Shown here: positions 1 to 12,980 of the stretch, one piece after another
Position numbering within the stretch: position 1 is the first letter of the stretch
Layout of the letters: each line of letters begins with the position of its first letter
Origin: the human T2T-CHM13v2.0 reference genome, Homo sapiens
Direction: 5' to 3' (one strand)
Length of the DNA stretch: 64,000 nucleotides
Assembly (NCBI RefSeq): GCF_009914755.1
Contig: NC_060926.1
Position numbers and translations under genes: made by a program
The notes under the pieces: model-generated
The model's input: the letters and a program-made list of their open reading frames with translations, nothing else
Told to the model about the DNA's origin: nothing
Databases searched by the model: none

Positions 1-584
1 GGCCCTGCAATGTACACAGTGATTCCCAGTCTGCTTCCTTCATCTCATTTCACCCTCTTCATGACCTTCAGAAGCTGCAGGATGCAATGGCTCTCTTCTT
101 TGTATATGCAAAAATTGAGCATCTCCACAATGGAAAAATGACCTTCTCAATGTTGAATACGAAACAAGGGCTTAAGACTGGACTCTAAGTTGGGCCTTCT
201 GAAGGCAGGATTGACGCCTTCCTTATCAATCCAGGGTTTCTGTTGAATAATAATAATGCCAAACATCAGTACACAATGCTGTAGGGAGGTAGACAGAGCA
301 TGGTTTTTGGAGAGAAAAGAACAGAGCTGAAGGTTCCATTCCAGCCTTTGTCAGTTCTGTGACCCCAGGCCTGTCATGGTTGACCTTATTGAGCCGCAAT
401 GTCATCTGGAAAGTGGACACAATAATGAGATTCCTCCCTACTCCCATCACTCGACTGCACTGGGGGTCACCTGAGCCAGTGTGCATTTAAAAAGTCCTTT
501 CCACCTGCATGTGCTGTGAACCTGGGAATGATGGTAATGGTGATTATGCCAAAGAAATGAACATCACAGCCTGAAAGAAACTGG

Positions 585-715
585 GGGCAGAAGAGATCTT
601 CGACATCTTGCCTAGCCCCTTCATTTTATACATGTAAAAACTAGTTTGTCTAAGTCAACCTAGGAAAATAGTAGCAAAGCCAAGCTTAGACCTCCAAGAC
701 CTGTCCTGTATCATT
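585..715 (-). mobile_element. MIR SINE fragment
   Basis: cccttcattttatacatgtaaaaact...aagtcaac...gtagcaaagccaag resembles the reverse MIR core; highly diverged. Confidence 0.55.
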
Positions 716-789
716 ACCCTTCTTTTTTTTCTTCATGTTCCCGAACACTTAACAAGCACATTTATTCTCTGAGGGAGTAGATAGGAGAG

Positions 790-895
790 ATGATATGTCC
801 CAAGTTTATGGGTGAGGAAATTATGACACAAGGGTTACAAGAATTACATCAAATGGCATGATGAGTAAGGAGTGGCCTGGGTTTCACTCTTAATT
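790..895 (-). mobile_element. MIR SINE fragment
   Basis: cccaagtttatgggtgaggaaattatgacacaagg resembles cccattttacagatgaggaaactgaggcacagag. Confidence 0.5.
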
Positions 896-1264
896 TGGCC
901 AAAGTAATTTTATTTCAAAATGAAAAACAAAAACAAAACCACTACACTCACACCAAACATTTGCCATCCAAACTGGTCAAAGGGCTGCGTTTATACAGCT
1001 CTCCAACCATTGCAGGGATCCCTTTTACAACATCCCCGTCACTTGGGCAGCTCACCTTTGCTTAATGAACTCCTGTGTGGTCCTCATCAGACAAATAATT
1101 TCATCATTAAATAATCTTTATTTCAAGCAAATATTTACCAATTGCTTGCTATATGCAGGGGACTAGAAGTATTGATGGCTAGAAAGCTCTCCCACGTGCT
1201 GGAGCAAAATCTGCCTCTCCCTCACTAGTAGTCATTTCACCCTCCGACTTTACTACAATGGTCC

Positions 1265-2440
1265 CGTATGACTTTGCTATAGAATTTGACGATGCTAACC
1301 ATTCCCTTCTTCCTAATGCTCTCTCCTTCCTTGTGTCCTGGTAATCAGGCTCCATATTCTATACCTCTGATTCTTTTTAGTCTCTTTCACTGGCTACCCT
1401 TCTTCTCTCTTAGTTCATAAATATCAGCATTCTGGACAGGACTGATTCACAGTCTCAGAGACATGACTCCCAAATATAAATCTGCCCAGACCTCTTTACT
1501 GAGCTGCAGACCTGTACATCAAACAGCTGTAAGACATCTCCATTTTGATGTCCCACAGGCATCTCAAATTTGGCATGTCTAAAATGGAACTTCCATCCTC
1601 TAATCCCCTAGAAACCTCCTCTCTCCTGTATGCTCTTTCTCTCTATCCTGTATACTCTATTATTCCCCATTTGAGCCAAAAACCTAGACGTCGTCTTTAT
1701 TCCCCCCTTGCCTTAGCGCACCTCCTAACTCCTTAGATCTACACCACACCACCTCTTGAACCTGCCCTTTCTTCCACACCCACTCCTATTGGTTTAGGTT
1801 GGACTCCATTTTAGTTCTCCTATAGTATACAACAGCCTTCCAGTTTCCACTGTGGATTCCTTGTAATTAACTCAACACAATAGCACTAAAGTGTTCTCTC
1901 TAAAATGTGATACATTTGGTCACGCTTTCCCCACTAAAAACCAGCCAATGGTGCTCCTCCATCAAAGGATAATGTCCTGATTTTATATGATGGGCTAAGG
2001 AGTCCCTAATGATCCAACCCCTGCCTACTTTCCAGGCTCATTTCCATTTGCTTCCTGCAAAGTTCTCTGAGGTCCTCTCACAGTAAAGTCTAGGTATTTC
2101 CTTAAACATGCTGTGCTTTCTCTGGCCTCTGGTCCTTATCAAAGTCTTTTTTAACTCCCAGATGTTCTTCCCTTCAAAGGATACATTTGATTATTTCCTG
2201 CTATCTTTGTGATGCCTTCCCTATCCCCAGCTAGGTAGAGCTGGTCTCTTTCCATGACATACCTTGGCCATAGAATAATCTTATATAACATAGCTGGTTG
2301 CTGTGTGTCCCTTTACCTCACAGTGAGCATCTAGATAGTGCATACTCCTTTTTATTGGTTTCTGTATTCTACTGCTTAACACAGGCCTGGAATACAGTAG
2401 GTGCTCTGAAGTTTTTTGCTAAATTAAATAAATGAATGTA
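1265..2440 (+). mobile_element. LINE-2 (L2) 3' portion with RT remnant and 3' end
   Basis: ORF 1545-1736 begins MSHRHLKFGMSKMEL (L2 RT region WMSxxHLKLNMSKTEL); preceded by gactcccaaata (DSQI); ends acaggcctggaatacagtaggtgctc...aaatgaatg, the L2 tail. Confidence 0.85.
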
Positions 2441-4349
2441 TGGATATTTTCATTTCATGCATCTGCACTATTTCACCTTCTCAAGCTTGCCCTAAAGTGG
2501 TTTGCTATGACATTTTTTATAGTCATCCAGCCAGCTGAACCAGATTTTTATCATTTAAGTGTAACTAGAAAAATCTTTCTATTTACAGCAAGCAATTCAG
2601 TGGAGACTTGAGTGACCCAAAGAAACTGGAAGACAACTAAACTTTTAAGTAGGGTGTTATCTCCTCTTCACTAATTCCTACTCCCCAGCATGTCATGTCT
2701 GAAAGGGGACTGTTGCCCTGCCTTTGTATCCCTACTACAACCCTAGAAAAATAATGGCTGCAAAGGGACATTCACTTTCCATGGCTTCCCTTCTTTTTCC
2801 TGACAATTCCTTTTCTCTATGTCACCAAAGTCATCATTAGTGAGTATTGCCTGTTTGCTTGAGCTGTTTTTGTTTTTTTTGTTGCCATTTACGATCTCAG
2901 ATTTATTTCCAACTAAATTATGATCAGCTTAAGATTGGAAGAAGAAGATGTTTTTCTACATTATTCTGTCCTCTGGCCTACAGCAACATTCAGAAGGTGT
3001 GCCAAGAAAAAAAAAAGTTTGCATTGGATTTGGTTTAGTTTTGGTCGAGTTCTAGCTAGATTCTTGTTATGATGTTCCTGTTATACCTGCTGACCTACTG
3101 TGTGGTTAAATGTCATAATGTAAAACATTAAGCAACATTTTTTTTCTCCTTCTATTTACCCCTCATCAACTTTTACAGTTAAGACCATTCATCACAGGGA
3201 CTATTTCTCATGGTGGGATCAGAGAGCAGAGGAGACAATTCTTATCTGTTAAATTTTAAAACATTGATGTTAAAAGACAGAGAGAGGTACAAAGCAAATG
3301 TGTTTGTAAGAATTCAGATCTCCTGTCCTCTCCACTTAACCCCAGACAATCTGGACACCCACAAACTGGGGAGGAAAGAAGGATTAGAGAAAGTCACTGG
3401 ATTAGATATTGGCCTATGACCTGCCTTCCACCCTGAGTAAGCTCCCGGGAAAAGAGAGACACAGAAACTCCCCATATCAGTCTGAGCATTTCATGGCCAT
3501 CTTCACCTTCCTCCCAGAAAAAAAAATGGTGCATAGCTGAAAAGAAAGCAAGGGTTGGAGAGAAGCTTTGGATAGCATATGATGCCTGAGCAGGCACAGC
3601 GGCTCTGTGAGGCACACAAGTCAGCGAGCAGCCTCCCCAGGCTCTGCGGGTCCTGGGTGGCATGGAGAGAGGAGCTAGGATCTAATTTTCTGTGTTCCAA
3701 GAGGGAGTGGGAGCCAAGGGCTGTGTGCTTCAGTGACGTAGATTAGATGGCTGGTCACATAGCAAAACGTGGGCTGGCCTTGCTGCCACTGATAGGAGCT
3801 CAGGCCCCCTCTCTGTGGGCCAATATTAGGAAGGTGCATGCATCTAACAATGATAAAGCAACAATATTCCAATATGGTACCACAGGACCTAGACCAAGAT
3901 GGAGATGAGTCGACCTCTCCCACCACCAAAACAAGGTTGTAGTTGCATAAGTCTCTGACTTTCCCACTTATTCCCACCCTCCCCCGTGCACTGCTCTGCA
4001 TCTCACACCAGAGCTACCATTTCGTCTCAACACTAGGGAGAATGATAATGAAGGAAAAATAGTCTTGCTGAGGAATAAATTTTCAACCTGAAGTGCTCCC
4101 CCTAACCAAAACAACAACAATAAAAAACTGAATTTGATCAAGTTTCTTCTATAATGTAAAGATTTATGTTTTACTGAAGAAGTCAAATTGTGGACAAAAA
4201 ATTCAAAATTATATTGATAACTTGTAGAATATAACGATGGCAATAGTTTGCACACCTAAACTTGTAATTATGAAGTTCATATATTTTACATACAAATGGA
4301 AGATTAGGTGGGACAACCAGTATGGGTCTGAAATTCTTACAGTGAATCT

Positions 4350-4700
4350 CCTTTCTCTGCAGCAAAACTTCCCAACCACTCAAATTTAAGTCTGGATTCA
4401 TTTTTGACCCCATTCCTCCATGACCTACATTAGTTAACCACCAAACCCTGGTAATTTCACCCACACAGTATATTTCTATACTTCCTGTCTACTTCATCCC
4501 TACTGTCACTCAGTTGGGTCAAGCCTTTGTCATTTCTTAATATTAAAATATTTTAAGTTGGTCTCGTTGCTTCTAGTCTTCCCCTGACCCTGCACTTATT
4601 TCCAGAATAACTTAAGAAAGGAATGATATGGTTCCAGAACTCCACATAACACTCTCCAGCATCCACAGATTTAATTTCAATCTCCTTCACCTGACACTGA
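4350..4700 (+). mobile_element. L2 fragment
   Basis: accaaaccctggtaatttcac...catccctactgtcact...gtcaagcctttgtcatttct resembles L2 distal ORF2. Confidence 0.55.
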
Positions 4701-4759
4701 AGTCCACCCATAGTGAGGCACTCTACGAATGGGGAAGACACATTGCCTGACACAAAGCA

Positions 4760-4950
4760 CAGGTGTTAAGAGCTCAGCTTTGCAGTCAGACGTCTCTGGC
4801 TGTGTGAATTTAACACCATTTAACCTCATTAAGTCTCAATATTCATATATAAAGTGGGGAAAACAGTTCATGTGATCACAGAGATGATGGTGATCTCATG
4901 TCTAGCATAGGGTCCAACACCTTAGTAAGTGTTCCACAATTTTCCTATTG
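4760..4950 (+). mobile_element. MIR SINE
   Basis: gttaagagctcagctttgcagtcagac head, tttaacctc...tctcaatattcatatataaagtgggga core, tagtaagtgttc tail. Confidence 0.7.
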
Positions 4951-5599
4951 ATCAAAAGTATGTATTACTCCATTGCTGGCCAATACAAATCAGCTTTCAT
5001 TATGGCTCCATGGCATGGCCTAACCCCCTCTCACACCCACCTCTCCCTCAGTATCCCTCCCTGGGCAGCAGAATCAGATTCCACGTGCTTCATTATGTTT
5101 ATGCTGACAACTTGGCCAAGATTGTCCATCAACACAGAACACTTTGAGCATAACATTTTTATCTCTTGACTTTGACCCTGAAGTCTTCGAATAAAATTAT
5201 TTCCTTCCGAATTTTGTCAACACTGTTGAATTTCCATTGAAGAAACATTTTCTTGAGTGAAATCCAAGCTGATTAAATTATTAATCTGTATATTCCATTT
5301 TTATCTGCATTTTAAATTATTTTCAACTGATCAGTTAATTATCTCTAAGTAATACAATTAGGGTGTATCTATTTTTTGTCAATAACAAACATCATGTATC
5401 ATTTCTAAAATCATGGATTTTTTGTGGTTACTATTTCCATTATTGCCAGTTTTCCTGGGTTGTATTTCATAGCCTACTTGATTCTTCTCTTATCAACAGA
5501 TTTTTATCAACTCTATATTTGTATCCTTTGTCAGTTTTGTGTTTTGATTACTATTTGTACTGGTAATATGTTTACACATTGGAGAAGATCCTGTGGATG

Positions 5600-5911
5600 T
5601 TTTTTTGTTTTTTTGTTTTTTTTGTTTTTTTGAAACAGTCTCGCTCTGTCACCCAGTCTGGAGTGCAGTGGCGGCGATCTCCGCTCACTGCAAGCTCCGC
5701 CTCCCAGGTTCATGCCATTCTCCTGCCTCAGCCTCCCCAGTAGCTGGGACTACAGGCACCCACCACCACGCCCAGCTAATTTTTTATATTTTTAGTAGAG
5801 ACGGGGTTTCACCTTGTTAGCCAGGATGGTCTCGATTTCCTGACCTCGTGATCCACCCACCCTGACCTCCCAAAGTGCCGGGATTACAGGCGTAAGCCAC
5901 CGCGCCCGATT
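5600..5911 (-). mobile_element. AluY-type SINE
   Basis: Complete dimer; Y-type caagctccgcctcc, catgccattctcc, gttagccaggatggtctcgat; interrupted T tail; flanking repeat tggatgttt at 5594-5602 and 5911-5919. Confidence 0.95.
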
Positions 5912-6218
5912 GGATGTTTATTTTTTAGATAATCCATAGAAAAGTAAATGAGGGCAATTTTTGAGAAATGCTTAGAGGGAGAAATGCCAGCAAGAAATGC
6001 TAAGAAAGAGAGAGAGCTGAATAGATAGAAAAAGAGATATGGGGGCAGGAAAGGGGAAGAAGATTCTCCTGAGTTCAAGTTCCACAGAAACACCAAAAGC
6101 AAGACTCCTGGGTGAGTGATTTTATAAAGAAATCTTCCCAGGGTGGACCAGTAAAGGAGAGGAGGGAATTTTTTATATTTACAAAAATGTTGAAAAGGCA
6201 TCTGAAGGGATCTACAGG

Positions 6219-6358
6219 TAGGGTTGCTAGATATAGCAGCTAAAATGGAGGACTCCCAGCTACATCTGATTTTTAGATAAATAATCAGTAATTTTTAAAT
6301 GTAAGTATGTCTTATGCAAGATTTGTTGTTTATCTAAGCTTTAAATTTAACTGACATT
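6219..6358. mobile_element. MER53 hAT-derived palindromic MITE (partial)
   Basis: tagggttgctagat terminus, ttttagataaataat...gtaagtatgtc and the mirrored ttgtttatctaa...aaatttaactg. Confidence 0.8.
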
Positions 6359-6639
6359 ATCCACTACCACAGCACAAGAGACGGAGTGTGGAGGAGGGAA
6401 GAGGGCCCAGCCACTCTTATATCCTGGTTGCTGAGTTCTTAAATGCACATGGGAGTTCAAAGCAATTTGAGGGCCAAACATTGGGATCATAATGGATGGT
6501 AGAAGCACCCTATTCCAATGTCATTTGCCCCTCTCCCAAATCTTCAAGTCCAGCTTCAGCTGAGGGTAATTCTTAGACACACTGTGATCTTTAAACACAC
6601 ATACACACACACACATTACCGCCACCAACACCACCACCA

Positions 6640-7070
6640 CCAACAATGTATTGACTTCGAAAGTAATGAATGCCATTTTAGAAAATTTAGAAAATACACA
6701 GAGTATTTATTAAAATAGATAAAAGATAATTCATTATTACTAGAATGGTGCATTTTTTCATTCTTTTTTCTAGGAATTCTATGTATTTTTGTATGTATCA
6801 CTAGTATTTTTTTCTTTTCACGTTTTTTTCAAAACTGGGACAACACTCTAAATATTGTTTTAAATCCTACTTTTCAAAATTAACATTATTATGAGAACTT
6901 CCCATCCTTAAGTGTAATTTGAAAACATAAATTTTAATGTGTATTTTATCACATGGATAAATTATAATCTATTTATAAACTCCATTATTTTGGACACAGG
7001 TTATTTATAATTTGTGGTTAATATAAACAACACTGTGGATAACTACATAAATTTTTATCAGCAAAGCTTA
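6640..7070 (-). mobile_element. Ancient L1 (L1ME-like) 3' fragment
   Basis: catggataaattataatctatttataaactccattattttggacacaggttattt...ataaacaacactgtggataac resembles the reverse L1M ORF2 end and 3'UTR. Confidence 0.6.
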
Positions 7071-7299
7071 TCGCCTTACTCCTCAAGCACCTTACACTCC
7101 ATTGTGGACCTATTTTGCCAACCACTAGCTGGAAAGGTAGAGAGCTGTTTCATTACTCAATGCAACAGTTTTTCTATCAGGATAAGATTGTTTTCACTAA
7201 CCACAAAAATAATATTCAGGTATGAATTGGAGAGTCAATTTATATCTTCAAATCTCTAAAGGTTGTTAAAAGAAAATAAGAAACAACAAGAACAAAATA

Positions 7300-7470
7300 T
7301 TCTGGGTGGATCTGAAGGTAGAAAAAGACCCAACTGAAGAGTTATGGGCAGGCAGATTTTAGTTCAACATGAGCAAAGGCATCCTGAAATCTCTGTGAAG
7401 CAATAGAAATGGCTCCCTTGAGTGACAGCTCTGGCTCATGTATAGGGAGCAGAATGGAGACCTATCCTTG
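7300..7470 (+). mobile_element. L3/CR1 fragment
   Basis: ggcagattttagttcaacatgagcaaag...caatagaaatggctcccttgag resembles the L3 3' region. Confidence 0.6.
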
Positions 7471-7474
7471 GAGA

Positions 7475-8112
7475 AGTGGCAGAGCACTGTGGCTGAGGGC
7501 AGGGACTCTGGAGCCAGAGGGTTGGGTTTTAACCCAAGTAATATGGCTTGAGTGTTGTGTTACCTCCAAATCTCATATTGAAATGTGATCCCCAGTATTG
7601 GAGGTGGGGCCTAGTAGGAGATGTTTGGGTCATGGGGGTGGACCCCTTATAAATGGCTTGGTGCCATCCTCATAGTAATCAGTTCACAGGAGAGCTGCTT
7701 GTTTAAAGGACCTTGGCACCTCCTCCTCGTCCTCTCTTGCTCCCACTCACCACGTGGTACTCTAGCTTCCTCTTTGCCTTCCACCATGATTGTAAGCTCT
7801 CTGAGGCCCTCACTAGAAGCAGATGGTGGCACCATGCTTTCTGTACAGCCTGCAGAACTGTGAGCCAAAATAAACTTCTTTTCTTAATAAATTACTCAGT
7901 CTTGGATATTAATTTATAGCAACTCAGAACCGACTAACACACCCAGCTCTGCCATTTTCTGACTGTGTGATCTGGGGCAAGTGGTATAACTGCTTTGGGC
8001 TTTAGTGTCCTTATATGTAGAATGGAAATTATTCCTAATGGTAGTTGTAAGGATTAGATGAAAAATGTCTGTGTAGTGCTAGAACTGTCCTAAACATTCA
8101 ATAAATGTTAGC
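7475..8112 (+). mobile_element. MIR SINE split by an MST LTR (7475-7538 and 7942-8112)
   Basis: MIR head ggactctggagccagagggttgggttttaaccc resumes as cccagctctgccattttctgactgtgtgatctggggcaagt. Confidence 0.85.
7539..7941 (+). mobile_element. MSTB-like MaLR solo LTR
   Basis: taatatgg...cctccaaatctcatattgaaatgtgatcccc start, aataaa, gactaacaca end; near-TSD ccaag/cccag. Confidence 0.92.
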
Positions 8113-10479
8113 ACTTGTTTTAAGTGTTGTTACTGTAGACAAGTTTGATTAGGCAATATAATTGGATAACAGCTCGCAGAATTTGGGAATCTATACTGAT
8201 TCTCCCAGTGTGACTGTACTGCTATAGTGATGTCACTCCAATAGACCATCCTGGCATTCTCCAGGGTACACTCTGGTTCTGTTTGTTTCCAGATCTGAGC
8301 CTCATTATTTACCTTTTTATGAGTAAAAATAACTTCAGTGCCCTTCATTTTGCAAGCCACGATGGAGGCCAACTCTAGCTTTGTAGCTTATCCATACTGG
8401 AATCAAATAGCTGCCTCGTAAAAGGAGTGTTGCAATCTTTAAATGCCCATAAATAAGGATTTGAACATTTATCTCACATCATGTGATTTGGTAAAAGTAA
8501 ACAGAAAGTCTTTTAGTGGAAGAGTGGAAGTGATGATGAGTGAAATGATATAAAACAGGAGGGTTAGGTTGAGAATGTGTGTGAACCGTAAATAGATGAA
8601 GGAGAAAAGTGTGGTTGGTACAAGAAAAGTCAGCTTTCTGCATGGCAGGCAAGGCCAGTTCACAGATGCTGCCAGCTAAAAGAGAATGACCTGCAGAAAC
8701 TCAGTAAATAGAGAAGGCTCAGTAGCCTCCTCTGTTTATGTTACCCCTAAAAACTTCCCATGTCTGCTCTGCGACCTCCCTCCCATAAGTAGCCAGGAGG
8801 ATATATTAAAATAAGGAGTTATCTTCCATTTGGAAAACCAAAGCTTAATTGGAACCAGGACTGAAGTCCATGGGACATGGCGGGCTTCAGAAAATATAAT
8901 CAACTGCTGACTCACTGAAGCTGGATTGAGGAAGGTAGAACACTAGAGCCAGACATGCCCCCAAACTGCCAAAGATTACAGGCAACAGAGGACCCATGTT
9001 ACAGAGTAGAAAGTGAATATTGGAAAATTGTTTAAAAGACGGCTAATTGTTGGAAATACAAGTAAAATTGTTGAAAATAAAAGCTCAGAGAATGCATTAG
9101 TAGCAGACTACACCATGGGGAGTAGACAATAAGGACTGGAGAGGCTGAGGAGGACAGGAGCAGTAAAGATAGGATAGAAGACACCTTGGTATGATCACGT
9201 TTCTCTGAAAAGTCCCCTGCAGCATCTCTTTGTACCATGTATCCCAATACTGCTTAGAATGAAGAAAAGAGGATCAAATTCACTTTCAAAGATCCACAAA
9301 CTTACCAGGGCTTCTGAAAGTGACATCTCTTGTCCAAAATCCTAGAAACCCTTAGCCCTAAAGTATGGATTGTTCACAAGGAATCTTTATAGTCTCTTAT
9401 TTTGTTAGTGCTCAGAATGCTGAAATGCCTAAGAGATTGCAGTTGGGATTTTTTTCCAACTATACCCTCAATGGATGGGTTTGGCATGATGGCTGGTGAA
9501 AAGAGACCACCTGTTGGCCACTTAAGCTATCAGCTCCCATGACTAGCACCAACTCATGATAAGAATTCTACACTTTATTTTGTCCTGGAGTTTTGTCATA
9601 AATATATATTAGAAAAGGCTTAGAATTTTTTTAAGTAAGCTCTAGATCAACATATGTATTGTAAGCTTAAAATCCACCTCACTCTTAGAGACTTTCTTCT
9701 AGAAAATACCTAAGAGTTAGATCATGGAATCTGATATATCTTCAATTAAGGATAGTTCTAAAATCTAGGAGAGGGGCTAAAGTCAAGTGACCCCAACAGA
9801 CCATGAAAAGATGGGGAGGTGAACAAGAGAAGACCATGGCAAAAGTGGTCATGATAGAGTGGACCAAATCCATGAAATGGTTGAAGAGCTCTTTGCTGAG
9901 GTTGGTAGAAACATAGGGAAGATGGTTATGGGTGATTCAGGAGTGATCCCAGAGAAACGGAGGACAAAATGGCAGTACTGGGCATGTGTTTGTTGTTGTT
10001 GTTTTTCTTAGCCTCAGATTCCCAGTTTGCTGAGCCAGACTTGTCTAAACCACATTAATAACTACAGTCATTCTTTCCTCTTCTTGTTGAGGTTAACCAT
10101 TGATGGGTTCTAGTTAGCCTCCCTCCAACCCTCAAAAAATCAGTGGCACATTTAATGGGTACTTTCCTTCTTGAGAGGTAACTCTGGGAACTTCTCCCAC
10201 CAAGTGAAGAATGCTGGAAATAAATTTTAAAGGAGGCAGAGAAGATTGCTAAAGACATTGTGGGTGAAAATAGTGGGATTAGACTGCGGCACTAGTATAA
10301 GCTCCTTTCAGTTTAGTTCGACCACTTATTTTAGACCTACTGGTATCCCAAGACTGTGACAGCCTTAATGATTCTGACATGAATAACAACAGCAACAGTT
10401 TCACTCAGCATCTTTATACTCTAAAACTTCTTGGGACATATGTCCTTTCAAGTATTCCCACTTTTAAGAGAAATTAAAA

Positions 10480-10710
10480 TGTGGCAGGAAGACCATGGGC
10501 TTAATAGTGAATCCAAATTTTGCTACTACTTAACAATATGAATCTAAGCAAGTTACCTCCTCACTTTGAGACAGTGTCTATATTTGCAAAATATGGATTA
10601 TATATATATATTTTAAATTATAGTTATGAAGGTTAACTATAATGTCTATAAAGCATCTGGCAACTTTTCATGCTCACAGTAGGTGTTCAGTCAATGGTGG
10701 TAATCATCAT
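10480..10710 (+). mobile_element. MIR SINE
   Basis: ctactacttaacaatatgaatctaagcaagttacct core and cacagtaggtgttcagtcaatggt tail. Confidence 0.7.
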
Positions 10711-11459
10711 TGCTGCTGGTTTCCCTGTGGGCCCCTAAGCCCATCTGCTGCTGCTCTTGCCACCTCTAAAGCTGCTCTTGCCATTGGAACTGCCATTACT
10801 CTTGTTTTTGCCATCACTCAAAGGTATCCCAAATCTTGGAATAGTTATCCTAGGAATTATAGTCACTGATGAGATTTTTTAAAAGGCTTTCTGGGCTTTC
10901 AGGTATTATCATCCAACAACACAAAAACTTGAAATGAGTTATCAGGAATCTGCTTCAAGGATAGCCAAGTGAAATTGCTGTATTTCATCTCAAGCATATT
11001 TTTTTTCTCTGAAATTCCAGTGTTTCAAAATAGGGCCTCTGAACCTTACTTAATTCTCTTCCAGTTCAAAATGAGTTTACTAATTTCTAGGACTTCCTCA
11101 AACACTAAAGCAGATTTTTGCCTTCTTTTGTTTCAAGATTGTAACCCCAGTGACCTAGGGTCCCAATACTCAATCCCCGGACCTCCTTTAAACCATTTCT
11201 TCCAGATACCTAAATCTTAATAAAAATTCTAGTAGCATGCAGTATGTTCCTGAATTTCTCTGGTTTAAACAGAATATTTCCTAATCCTTGCCATTGTGCC
11301 CCTCCATACCTGTGTGAGGTTCTACAGATAGAAACATGAACCATACTCTAGCCTCATTCCTGTGCTCACTATTCAGTGGCTGCATCAAATACTCACCGAC
11401 TACATTACAATTGATTTACCGCATGTGTCAAAGCACAGTTGATTATAGGTTCCCAACAG

Positions 11460-11980
11460 GGATCAAGAAGGAAAAGGTAAATCAGGAAAGGGCTCATTAA
11501 GTAGGAGCCATTTGAGTAATCTTGGGGTAAGATTTTATTGGCCAGAAAAGTATGACGGTACTTTCAGCCTTAGGGATCAAAATGCACAAAGCCATAATTC
11601 AAAATTTCATGGCACATTATAGGAAATGGCAAGTGTTTTTGTAATGAAGGAGCATAGGATGTTTGCAGAAAAGTTATTGAGATGAGCTTACAAATAATAG
11701 TTGAACATAGACTGAAGAGGGCCTTGAGTGCCATAATAATGAGGTAGTCTTTTCAGCAGTGAGGACTTAATAGGTTTTGAGCAAGATAGTGATGTGAGGA
11801 ATGTAGGAATCAGAAGGGAACTTTATAAAATAGTTATTGTCCAAGATGAAATGAGAGTCTAAATTGGGTGGGAAAAATAAAAGAAAGATTCTTAGATAAT
11901 GCAGTTTTGAGCTTACTCTTGAAGAAAGATATAACTGAATTTAAGAGACAGTGGTGACTGGGGGAGAGAAGTTTTCTACA
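11460..11980 (-). mobile_element. L2 fragment
   Basis: atcaggaaagggctc...atttgag...gagggccttgagtgcca...ggttttgagcaagatagtgatgtga typical of reverse L2. Confidence 0.65.
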
Positions 11981-12714
11981 GCAGGCATAGTAATTGTAGT
12001 TGTTATTTTGCAGTGTCTTCTTTGTTCCTATGTTCCTCACTCTTGCTATGGTCATGTCTACTCTTAGGGCATGGAGTGGACACTCTGAGTAGAGTTTGCA
12101 GTTTTCATACATGACTCCTGGAAAGAGGTGGAAAATAAGATTGGCCGGGGCTGGAATATGTTATTTCTTTATGAGAAATAAAATGAACTCGGAAGCTCCA
12201 CGAAGGTGGATGGGAATGGAAAAGCTGTTGGAGAAGGAATGAGCCTAGAGGATTCAATGGGACCAAGACTCTGGGGAGGCTGGAGCCAGGGAGCAGGTGA
12301 GAGCCAAGATGAGCAAAATTTGATACTTTCATGGGGGTAAAAATAAAAAGAAAGTGGGTTCTATGACAATGATTCTTCCTACTATGAGCCATTCAGAGCA
12401 GGAAGTCTGTCTCCACTGTCACAGCCTTTGGCACCCAAGCACAAGGGCCAATAATTATTAGTCCAGAAATGAAATAAAACCAGGAGAAATAACTAAATAT
12501 TAGCTTTATCTTAAACATACAGACACCAAAATCATGGCAGAAGTTCAGTCTAAATTGCTATGAAAGGAGGCTATATAATTATCACAAAAAAAGTGCCACA
12601 GCAAAAACTGTCTCAGGATTCCAGTAGAAATCATCTCCGGAGCCATCTTATGAACTACCATTCTTTATAGTCATCCCTGGCTTTTGAGCCCAACGTGGTG
12701 CCTGGTCTATGTCT

Positions 12715-12781
12715 TGACTGTGGTAACAGATACACAAATCTAAACAAGTGATAAAATTACAAATAACTAAACACACACACA

Positions 12782-12825
<44 letters not shown>

Positions 12826-12980
12826 CACGTAAGTACAACTAAAACCAGGGGAGTTTGAATTAGACAAGTAGATAGTACCAATGTCAATATCCTCGTTGTG
12901 ATAGTTGTATTATGGTTTTGTAAGACATTGTCATTGGGGAAAACAGAGTAAAAAGTGCCTAGAATTTCTGTATTCTTTCT
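12715..12980 (+). mobile_element. L1MC/L1MD 3' end, left part (resumes at 19733-19800)
   Basis: caatgtcaatatcctcgttgtgata...ttttgtaagacattgtcattggggaaaac...ctgtatt; continues after the L1PA as tattatttctt...tgcatgaaaatctaaaattatctcaaaata. Confidence 0.8.
12770..12822. repeat. (CA)n microsatellite, about 26 units with one interruption
   Basis: Read directly. Confidence 0.95.

Noticed and set aside
10750-10783. gctgctcttgcca repeated at 21-bp spacing
   Set aside because: Short low-complexity duplication with no further structure
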